This document shows, piece by piece, positions 40,601 through 51,600 of a stretch of DNA of 64,000 nt. The notes beneath the pieces are model-generated. The model did not search any database and had not been told where the DNA came from. It saw only the letters and a program-made list of their open reading frames with translations. The position numbers and the translations under genes are program-made. Every line of letters starts with the position of its first letter. Position 1 is the stretch's first letter. Origin of the DNA: Azolla caroliniana (taxonomy: Eukaryota; Plantae; Polypodiophyta); NCBI GenBank assembly GCA_043228905.1, contig JBHGNT010000008.1:12400001-12464000 (forward strand), read 5' to 3'.

Positions 40601-43517
40601 CATCGCCAAAGAAATGAAGCCGGAAGATAAAGCGGCGATGATCAAACTTCTCACGGAGTTTCGCGACGTATTCGCCTGGTCATACGAGGACATGCAAGGG
40701 CTGGACCCTCAATTATATCAGCATCAGATCCACTTAGGCAAGGACGCGAAACCAGTGGCGCAACGACGTTACCGAATGAACCCCAACTACGCCGCCAAAG
40801 TGAAGGAGGAAATCGACAAACTCCTAAGAGTGGGCTTCATCCGGCCGGTAAAGAAAGCGACGTGGCTGAGCCCCATCGTCGTCGTCCCAAAGAAGAACGG
40901 TAAAATCCGCGTGTGTGTAGATTACAGGAAATTAAATGCAGCCACAATTACGGATGCATTCCCTCTTCCGTTCACGGATGGAGTACTGGATGCCGTCGCC
41001 GGCCATGAAGTTTATAGCTTTCTAGACGGGTTCAGCGGTTACAATCAAATCCGGATGCATCCGGACGACCAGGAGAAGACAACGTTCGTCACCGAATGGG
41101 GGGTGTTTGTGGCCGAAGTATTGATGTTCGGCCTAAAAACGGCACCAGCAACGTTCCAGCGAATCATCATGGAGATCTTCGGCGAATACATTCCGGCCTT
41201 CATGCAGGTTTTCCTGGATGATTTTGCAGTCTATAGCCGGGGAAAAGACCATTTGCAGCACCTACGGTTATGCCTTGAAAAGTGTAGGTTATACCGGCTA
41301 AGCTTAAACCCAGCAAAATGCATCTTTGGGGTTTCAAGTGGAATTTTACTGGGACACATTGTAAGTAAGGAGGGCATTGCGGTCGACCCGGACAAAGTAA
41401 ACGCGATACTAGGGGCACCGGCGCCGAAAATAGCCAAAGCACTAAGCCGATTCTTAGGACAGATCCGGTGGCACAGCCGGATGCTCCGTCACTTGGCTGA
41501 CTTGGCTACACCATTGCACACCGCGGTACATCGGACACCGTTCCAATGGACGGATACGGAGGATAAGGCATACAATGCCCTGAAGGTACTTTTGTCGCAA
41601 GCACCCGTCGTGCAGCCTCCGGATTGGAGCAAGGAATTTCACGTGTTCGTTGACGCGTCCGACATCGCTATCGGCAGCGCCTTAATGCAACTTACGGAGC
41701 CTAAATGGTACCGGCCGGTCTATTACGCCAGCCGGAAGCTATCCCAAGCGGAGAAGAACTATTCGACGACGGAACGGGAGGCCCTGGGCATGATCTACAG
41801 TGTCACAAAGTTTCGGCATTACCTATTGGGAAGGAAGTTCTCCTTTCATGTGGATCACTCGGCGCTCCTGTACTTAGTGTCCAAGGCGTCCCTAACCGGT
41901 AAGTTGGCCCGTTGGACCTTGCTGTTGCAGGAGTTCGAATTCGAGATCTTCCATCGGCCCGATATCCAGCATGCCGTAGCAGACTATCTGAGCCGGTTAG
42001 AGTCCGGAGAAGCAGGCGACGGAGTAGCGGATGAATTCCCGGACGCAGAGTTATTCCGTATCACCCCGGAAACGGCAGCGGACGACACGGTCACATCAGA
42101 AGATAGGTGGCTGACAAACATGCACCAGTTCCTAAGCACGGGCCTGCCACCGGAGGAAATGAACCGGGACGAGAGGAAACGACTGGCGGTGCAGAGCCGC
42201 AATTTCTGTCTGTTACGGGACACTCTCTACCACAAAGGAGCAGATGGAATATGGAGACGGGCAGTCCGTAGTGACGAGAAAGAAGTAATCTTACGGGAAG
42301 CACACTGTGGGGTTGCCGGAGAACACTATGCCGGGGAAGCGACGGCAAGGAAAGTATGGCAGAGCGGCTTATGGTGGCCCACGACGTTAAAAGACGCCGT
42401 CAGGTATGCTAAGGAATGTGACCTATGCCAACGAATGGGCCAGCCTACGGAGCAAGCACGGATGCCACACCAACCGGTACTTCCACTAGAGCCATTCCAG
42501 AAGTGGGGGTTGGATTTTGTCGGACCGTTCAAGCCACCGGCAATGAGAACAGGTAATCGTTATGTCATCGTGGCAATGGATTATTGCACTAAATGGGTGG
42601 AGGCTAAGGCCTTGAGAGACAATACCGCGTCATCCACAGCAAAATTCCTGTACGAGAACATTTGGTGCCGATATGGATGTCCGATTGAATTAATCAGCGA
42701 CCAAGGAGGGCACTTCCTCGGCCAGGTTGTGGAAAGCTTAACAACGTTCTATGCCGTGGTCCATAAATGGAGCACACCGTACTACCCACAAGCGAACGGG
42801 TTAGCAGAATCCACCAACAAAACGCTGCAGAACATTCTCCGCAAAATCGTCAATGAAAACCGGACGGACTGGGATACAAAGCTCCATAGCGCGCTATGGG
42901 CGTACCGAACGGCATACAAAACAAGTATCCGGACAACGCCGTTCCGGCTAGCGTTCGGCTTAGAGGCGGTCATGCCGGTGGAATTTCAGGTACCTAGCTT
43001 ACGAATCCAACTACGGGAGCGGCTGAATGAAAAGGAGTCGGAGGAAATGCGGCTAGCAGCACTATGCGAACTGGAGGAGCAACGGCTGGCCAGCATCCTA
43101 CACATGGAACTGGAGCAACGACGACGGAAAGCGTTCGTTGACCGTCACCGGAAAGGGAATGAGAAGATGTTCGAAATCGGAAAGCCGGTGGTAGTATTCC
43201 AAACAAGGATGGGCAAGATGCCGGGTAAACTCCGGTTCAGATGGACAGGCCCGTATTGGCTGACACGGAAATACAACGGGTCCTATCAGATAGGGACACT
43301 TGCCGGTGAAGTACTAGGCAAGTGGGTGAACGGATTTAGACTAAAGCCCTATAAAGGACCGATGCCAAGTAACCCGTTTATGCAGCCCACCGGCACTATA
43401 CCGGGAACGGTACGGATGGAAGAAAAAGACGACGGGGAACCCGTAGCAGAGGCGAAGGAAGACACGGCAACCCGTAAGGAAAACGGTAAGGGTCCGAAGG
43501 GACCTACGGATGTGTAA
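37674..43517 (+). pseudogene. G2 single-frame Gag-PR-RT-RH-INT polyprotein with two in-frame TAG stops
   Basis: ORFs 37674-39623, 39636-40502 and 40509-43517 share one frame; CCHC knuckles, VIDGGSG, FLDD, VDASD, HHCC plus WGLDF core, WTGPY; no chromodomain and no aRH. Confidence 0.93.
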
Positions 43518-43534
43518 GATCACATACCGTCATT

Positions 43535-43565
<31 letters not shown>

Positions 43566-43910
43566 AAAATAAAATAAAAAAATCATTAAAAATCGAGGTA
43601 TGAACGGGCGTGAAAGCGAGGAGCGAAAAGGTATGTAGTGGGCATTTAAAGAGCCGCCACGTTACTTAATACTAAATCGGTACACGACGTGCGCATGCTC
43701 GAAAAAAGGCGCCAAGACGCACAGAGAAAAGAAGAGCGCATGGAGACCTTCTTTTTTCGCGAGCCAAGAAGCACAGAAGCACCAAGGCAGTGGAAGCTTA
43801 GCAAACGCGAACCTGCACTCAGAGAACCCCCGCGTTCAGAACGCTCTCTCTCTCGCTCTCACCCTCATCACCACTCTACCTCGCCTTCTTTCCTCGACCT
43901 CGAAGCAGAC

Positions 43911-46610
43911 ATGGAACCACAAACGCTGTCGGAAGCGGCCAGGAAATGGTTCAGGCAACACGGACTGGAGGGGTTCTTGGCCATCATGGAGGCACCACCG
44001 CACAGAGAAGCCGACCGGGTCATCAAGGAGCTCGACATAGAAGTCATCACCGAGGAAGCGATCCGTGCGCTAACAGGCCTGCCGGAGGGAGGTATCTTTC
44101 AGATCGATAACCCAACCTCGGAGCAACTCATCCGATATTTCGGTGAGTACTCTGTTGCCGGCAAAGGCTATCGAACGCAGGGCGGCGAAGATCCGCTATT
44201 CAGGGAGATAGCTCGAGTGCTCCATGAGTAAGGCCACGTGTACCCCCGACCCCCTGTCATGCCAAAAAATCGGGCAGGGATGATCATAGCCACCTATGAA
44301 GGGACCAAGGTGGATTGGCCGGTGTTGATTGCAGACGGGTTGTGCGTGGCAATCGACATGGTACGAGGAAAGGACGACAAGGAGGGCCGGAAGCTGTGGC
44401 ACGCCGTAGCTCAGTGGATAACATTGCTCGTGCCGCCGGTCGAGACCGTCCAGCCAAAGAAGCGGCCAAGAGTATCGGAAGGAAGCACCTCGAAGCCGGC
44501 GTCCAAACGACAGCAGCTGCTGGCGTCGAAGGCGACGAAAGGGAAGAAACGGCTCTCAGAACCGGAGGAGGTGTCACCGGTCCGACCCGTTAAGATAACC
44601 ATACGGTGACCGGAACAGAAGGAACCGGAACCCTTGACGGCACAGAAACATGCCGTTACACAGGAAGAGGAAACGGAGGAGCCAGAAGAGCACCTCCAAC
44701 GACGGTCAAGAAGTAGGACCGCCGAGAGAGGGGGGGAGCGGTCGTACCCGCGAGAGGCAGAGACGCCCCCAACTCAACCTGAGCAAACCACAAGGGAGGA
44801 ACCGGAACCGGTGCGTAGGGAACCGGCCTTGTCAACTTCTATAGAAGAAGTCATTCCAACGGTTCCGGAGACGGCGAGAACCGGAACTCAACAGCCGGCG
44901 AGCCCAGCCAGCACACACGGCGGCCAAGGAGTAGAACCAGAACGGCATATGCAGGCACTCAGGCCAGACAATTCCACAGTGAATGAGCCGACCCGACCAG
45001 TACAGCAGCAAGGCACCAGTAGCATGTGGCTATGGTGGGTAGGCGAGCAAATCGCCGGAGCGGTCGAGTATATAGAGGCGGAGGAGAGAGCGCACCAGGA
45101 ACGGTTGCTCGTCACAACCGTAGATCTAGAGACGGCCCGGTCCAGAATCCGGAGCCTTGAACAAGACTTGGAGAGGGTCACAAGGGAAATGGCTCAATTG
45201 GCTTTGACAACACAAGTCCAAGCACCGGTGACTCCGGGCAATGTACAGAATAAGGCGTCAGATCAACCTGTACATAGCAACCAGACCCCGGCAACGGAAA
45301 CCGTTCCGGAGAGAAATGCTGCACAAGCCCAAGAGCTGGCGGATTTAAAGGATGAGCTAACTGCCCAAGAAGCGCTGAGGAGCCGCGAAAGAGAATTGAA
45401 GACGGCAGCGGAGGCAGAACTCAAAAAGACTGCTGAGAATCTACGCCGGGCCGAGGAGAGCTTACGGAAAGGCCACCAAGCGTACGACCGGCTCAAGGAG
45501 GAGAAGGAGAAAATGCTGCAAGAGAAGGAGAGGCTCCGTAGAAACGCCGAAACAGAAGTAGAGCGCCTGAAAGAGGAACTCCGGCAGGTAAAGGACCGGG
45601 AGGACCGGAACCATCGCCAGATCAACGGCAAGCGCAAACAAAAAACGGCGGAATTTGAGCAATTGCACCGGGAGTATAAACGGTTGCAAACGGAGCACAA
45701 GGAACGGACAGATGAGCTCCGGCAAGCAGTTGATCGGACCGCAACCGCATTCGCCAAGGAACAAGCGGAAACCAGAAGACGGTTGGAAGAGGCGGAGAAG
45801 GTTCGGACAGAGCTCCTCAGGCAACAGCAGGCGGAAAAAGAAAGAGCGGCGGAGGTACTGCAGAGGCTGCAAACGACATATCAAGGGCAGCTGACGCGCT
45901 ACAGAGAGCAGGCGGAGGATACGGCTAATCTCATCAAGCAATTGAAGGAGTAGCGACAAGTTGTGGAAAGCAGAGCGCAAATGGGAGCAAGTCGCATCCA
46001 GGATATCATGCGGGCCTGGTTGAACCAGACCAAGAGCTTGATTGACAACGGGTCCGTCAAATGGTGGACCAAGTGGGCCACGAACGCGGCGGAACTCCAA
46101 TTGCTCCGGGCCGACGTAGAGAACTGGCGGAAGGAGGGAGATGATTGCTATATGCTGACTTCCGAGGACTTCACCGGCATAAGAGATGAGCTGGCCAAGG
46201 ACTTTCAAGCCTTGGCAGACGACCAACTAGGGCAAGTCCGGCAACTTGTAGCTCAGCTGGACGACGACAGGCTGGAGGCGCAGATCCAGTTTGAAAGCTA
46301 CGAGAGGTCCCGGATCCGGGGAGAGAAAGAACGAGAACCGGTTACGGTCAACCTCAGTGATGAGGAACCGTTACGGGAAGGAGACCGGACCGGAAGCAGT
46401 CAAACGGAGATGCCGGAGTCAGAGAGACAAACGGAGCAGCCAGAGGCAGAGAAACAAACGGAGCAGCCGCCTATAGAGCAGCCGGAACAGCCTCAATCCT
46501 AACCGCAACCACAGCAGCAGCAGCAGCAAGCACAGCCGCAACAACCACAACCGGAAGAATAATTGGAAACTCTGGAACAAGATATTTTGGACAGTTTGGG
46601 TGAACAATGA
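43911..46610 (+). pseudogene. G2 extra 3' ORF (~900 codons): globular N-domain, low-complexity linker, long coiled coil, acidic tail; five in-frame stops
   Basis: ORFs 43689-44231, 44238-44609, 44634-45953 and 45963-46502 share one frame, which continues to TGA at 46608-46610; homologous to G1 55848-58553. Confidence 0.85.
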
Positions 46611-46622
46611 AGGGGCCGAGAA

Positions 46623-46660
46623 GGGTTCGACGTACAAGGTACCGTCCCACGGGCGTGCCA
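46623..46660 (+). other. tRNA-3'-end-like motif in the PPT position (putative second, minus-strand PBS)
   Basis: GGGTTCGA-[13-nt hairpin]-GTCCCAC-GGGCGTGCCA, then 2 nt, then the LTR; homologues at 58561-58598, 18434-18473(-) and 11172-11212(-). Confidence 0.75.
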
Positions 46661-48667
46661 TGTGTTACCGGCCGGCAAGGAGTCCAAAATACGGAGTGAA
46701 GGAATTAATTATATATGGTTGTAAATGAGGATAGTGTGGACGGACGGACTGGAAACGGTATGCCGTTCCAGATCCGGACGGATCCCGAATAGGTGCGATA
46801 GGCACCGTTTTGTACTACGGGCCGGAAACCTATTTAAAGGCCCGGACCCCATTGTAATCGCAGCGGATAATTAATAGAGCTTATGATGTTTATACTTCTG
46901 TCTTGATTTCCGTTCTGTAATTACTGTTATATCTTACGCGTGTAATTAACCAAAGCACTTTAATCGTGTAACCTACGTAAGTCGGTGTAATCGTTGAATC
47001 TTAATCCTATGCCGTAATCACCCTTTGGTGAAGTGTCTCCGTGACACCTTGTGTTAGACCTTGTCCGGCTAGCGAATAACACTCATGGAAATGACATACT
47101 TTTTGACTACGGGACTGCCTCCACCATAATTATGCACGGACGAGAAGAAATGATTAGTCGTCTAGAGCCATAACTTCTGCCTGGTAGAAGGAATCTTATA
47201 TCACAAAGGTAGTGATGGCATTTGGCGACGCAGTGTACATCAGGATGAGAAAGAAGCGGTCTTATGGGAGGCTCACTGCGGCAGGAGAGGCGGACACTAC
47301 GCGGGCGATGTTACAGCCCGGAAAATATGGCAAGCAGGCCTATGGTGGCCTACTACACAGAAGGACGCATACGAGTATTGCAAAAAGTACGATTTGTGTC
47401 AACTAATGGGCCAGCCCACGGAGGGCGCAAGAATGCCACACCAACCCGTATTACTGTTAGATCCCTTCCAAAAGTGGGGATTGGATTTTGTGGGGCCCTT
47501 CACACCGGCGGTGGCCCGTACGGGCAATAAATACATATTGGTAGCCATGGATTATTGCACCAAGTGGGTAGAAGCAAAGGCTCTACGAGAGAATACGGCA
47601 GCCGTCATAGCGAGATTCCTTGACGAACATATCTGGTGTCGGTTCGGTTGTCCAATTGAGCTTATCAGTGATCAGGGGAGCCACTTTCTCAATACGGTCA
47701 TTCGTGAACTGACACATCATTACGCCGTAGTCCACAAGAAAAGTACGCCATATTATCTACAGGCAAATGGGTTGGTGGAGTCCAACAACAAGACATTGCA
47801 AACCATATTAAAGAAAATCGTCAATGAAAATAGAACGGACTGGGATACCAAATTACATAGTGCGTTATGGGCGTACAAAACCAGCTACAAAACAAGCATA
47901 CAGTCAATTTCGACTAGCGTTTGGGCTGGAGGACATGATGTTGGTAGAGTTTCAGATACCCAGTTTATGGATTCAGGTACGAGACCGACTATCGGAAGCC
48001 AAGTCGAAGGAAGTAAGGCTCCACCAACTACTCGAACTCGGTGAAACACGCGTACACAACATGGTTGTGTTGGAGCAGGAACAACAACGACGTAAAGCGT
48101 TTGTGGATCAAAATCGGAACGCAGGGGAAAAGGATTTCGCGGTCGGTAGAGCAGTATTGGTTTTCCAAACCCGCATGGGCCATATGTGTTAAGAGTCTAT
48201 TACTAATCAATAGACCAAATCAAGTAAAAAGGAAGAAAATAGATTGGATAGAAGAACCCGTTCCACCCGACCACCCCCGAGCTATGATCTAGACATAGCC
48301 AACCTACCACCGACGTCCCATACCGCCGGATATTAGGATGACTAATACCTTGGAAGAGATAAACACGATCGTCGAGACGAAAGCCTAGCCCGCACCACCG
48401 GTGTCTACGACAGCAGCCTTCCGACGTGATGATCCTTATGAGGGTAGCTAAGCCTCATATTTATACCTTTTCCTAGGCCCCTTGAATAGATGTGCCTTTC
48501 TAAAAGGCTCTCTATTCATTGGTTGTCTAAATCATGATAGTGCATGCACATATCATTCATTCTATCCAATCATTAGTCCCCTTTTTAATAATAGTGAACA
48601 TACCCTTCACTAATGTAAATATTAGTGACCTACCCTCACCAACGTTATGTGTACATAACATACTCCC

Positions 48668-51600
48668 CTACTTCAAAAGATTGCACTCTTGCAATATAAA
48701 GTGAGGAAATTGTGCCTTAAGCGAATGCTCGCGTTCCCATGTGGCATCATCAATAGGTTTATCCATCCATTTGATCTTGAATAGCCGAATCTCTTTAGAA
48801 CGTAAACGTTTAGTACGAGAATCAAGAATTCGTTCAGGAACATAAGGTTTGTAAGAAAAATCCTCTAATGTTACAAGATCTTGGATTGTGATGGTGTTAT
48901 CACCAGAGCCTAAAAATGGTTTTAGACGACTGACGTGAAAAACAGGATGAATACCAACGTTACGAGGTAAGGCAAGGTGATAAGCAGATGACCCAACTCG
49001 CTTAAGGATTTCAAATGGGCCACAATATCGTGGGGCTAACTTAGCGCACTTGCCCGTAGATAATGACATAGAATCAGTCGGGACACGCAAAAAAACTTTT
49101 TGACCAATAGTAAATGCACGAGGACGTCTATCCTGATCAGCATAAAATCGAGCACGATCTTGAGCTGTCTTGACATTTTCTTTGGCAATATGCAACATTT
49201 GGTTCATGTCTTGCAAAAAATTGCGTGTACTGTCTAATGTATCACGATGAATCGTGACATCAACTGGGGCACGTGGCTGAAAACCATACATCAACATAAA
49301 AGGACTATATCCAGTGGATGTATGTTTAGAGCTATTATAGGCAAATTCTAAGATAGGAAGGTATTGCTCCCACTTAGAAGGGGTTTTTGCTACATAAGCT
49401 CGAAGCATGTCCTCAATAATTTGATTAACTCGTTCAGTTTGTCCATCAGACTGAGGATGATCTGCGGAACTCATGCTCAACGTAGTTTCTAGTTTCTTAA
49501 AGACCTGAGTCCAAAAGTCACTAGTAAACTTGGAATCTCGATCACTAACAATATCCATCGGTAATCCATAAAAACGAAATAACTCATCAACAAATTGATA
49601 AGCCAACTGTTGAGCGGTTACCGTGGTTTTTGTAGGAATAAATCTAGCTAATTTTGTTAGCCTGTCAACGACAACCCATATGGCATCATGACCCCTCTGT
49701 GTACGAGGTAAACTAACAATAAAATCCATCGAGATACTTTCCCATTTATTGTTGGGAATATCTAAGGGATGTAAAAGACCAGCAGCAGCTTGAAGTCGTT
49801 CCGACTTATTAATCTGACATTGTAAGCATTGAGTTACGTATTTATGCACGTCAGAGCGCATCTTAGGCCAGAAAAAAGTACACGAGATGAGAACGAGTGT
49901 GCGTTGTATTCCAGGATGACCAGCAGATGGTGCATCATGACATTCATGAAAAATTTTCTGTTTAACATTTGGTAAATCTGGAACACAGACCTTTCCACTA
50001 CGGTAGAGCAAACCGTTTGTAATGTGAAAGGTCGCCTTCGAGGGTAGGGTGCTAGTATCGGCATCTAAACCAGATTCGGCTTTCGTCCAGTATTTTGAGA
50101 AATAACTGTCATCAAGGTATTTCCCTCGAAGGTGATCTAAAAGATCAGATTTTATTTCCGTGAAGCTAAGCATGTTAACTTCTTTAATGTGACTAAGAGC
50201 ATCAGCAACGGTGTTCATAGAACCCTTGCGATATCATATGGAAAAATCAAAATCTTGCATAAGGTCAGCCCAACGGCCTTTACGACCAACAAGATCGGGC
50301 TGGTCACAAAAATACTTTAATGATTGATGGTCTGTTGTAACCACAAATTTATTTCCATAGAGATAGTGCCTCCATGTTTTAAGTGCGTGTATCACCGCAA
50401 ACAACTCTTTCTCTTGAACCGAATACTGAGATTGAGCAGCATCAAGCTTCTTACTTTCAAAAGCAATAGGGTGACCACCTTGATAAAGAACGGCACCAAT
50501 AGCATAATCACTAGCATCGGTTTCAATTGAGAAAGGCTTAGAAGGGTCTGGTAATAGAAGAGTGGGAGCCTGACACACATGCTCCTTGAGTGTCTCAAAT
50601 GATTTGTCAAGTTGTTCATTCCATGAAATTGGTTTGACAGACTTACGTGGATGACCTTTTAAAAGGTCAGTTAATGGCGTAGTCAATTTGGAATAGTTAC
50701 GAATTGATTTTCGTAAAAATCCAACAAACCCTAAGAATGATCTAAGTTCACGAATATTACGAGGAATGGGCCAAAGTTTAACCTTTTCAATACGAGAAGG
50801 TTCAATTTCAACGCCATTTTCTGTAATTAAATGACCTAGGTACACAATAGATTTTTGGAAGAAGTCACATTTTGAATGTTTTGCATAGAAAGAGTTGTCA
50901 CGCAACTTTCGCAAAACAAATCGAACATGTTGAACATGATCTTGCAAGGTACGGCTATATATCAAAATATCATCCAAGAAGACGACAACAAAATCACCGA
51001 GTTGATCTCGGAAAACATCATTCATCGCTTGTTGGAATGTGGCTGGAGCATTAGTCAACCCAAACGGCATGACTAAAAACTCATAATGGCCATAGCGCGT
51101 ACGAAAAGCGGTTTTAGGAATCTCATCCTCGGCGATGCGAATCTGATGATAACCAGTTCGTAAGTCAATTTTCGTAAAATATCGAGCCCCGTGCAAACGA
51201 TCAATCAAATCATCGGCACGAGGTAATGGATATGCATTCTTAATTGTCATTTTATTCAAACGACGATAATTGATACACATTCGCCACGAACCTTCCTTCT
51301 TCTTGACTAATAGAACTGGCGCACCCCAAGGTGATTTACTATACCTAATGTGGCCCATACTCAAGTATTCCTTAAGTTGTTTAGCGATCTCATCCTCTTC
51401 TAATCGACTAAGTCGGTAAGGTGGAATGCTCACAGGAGCAGCCCCAAGGATGAGTTCAATTTGATGGTCCACATTACGTTTAGGTGGTAAAGTAAGCGGT
51501 AATTTAGTAGCAAACACATCTTGAAAATCCTCTAAAATAGAGTCGAGTAATCGTTGCTCAAAATGTGGTAATTGTGTGGCGTCAATATTAAAATAATAAA

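Larger units (their letters stand above)
37204..47081 (+). mobile_element. Family-G gypsy G2, structurally complete and young
   Basis: 419-bp LTRs 37204-37622 and 46663-47081 with one mismatch seen; perfect TSD CTCAT; PBS 37629-37640; gag-pol plus extra ORF; no PPT. Confidence 0.97.

Noticed and set aside
39621-46562. U-to-C RNA editing rescuing the stops
   Set aside because: Known only for organellar transcripts; accompanying G-to-A missense changes point to DNA deamination.
43911-46610. env gene
   Set aside because: No evident signal peptide or transmembrane segment; composition is charged coiled coil.
46608-46625. Purine-rich run as a displaced PPT
   Set aside because: It lies ~40 nt from the LTR and is poorly conserved in the G0 and 11-kb copies; kept only as an alternative to test.
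46623-46660. A genuine tRNA gene or SINE
   Set aside because: Only the T-arm and acceptor 3' part is present, with encoded CCA, an insert and a fixed position relative to the LTR; no D or anticodon arm.
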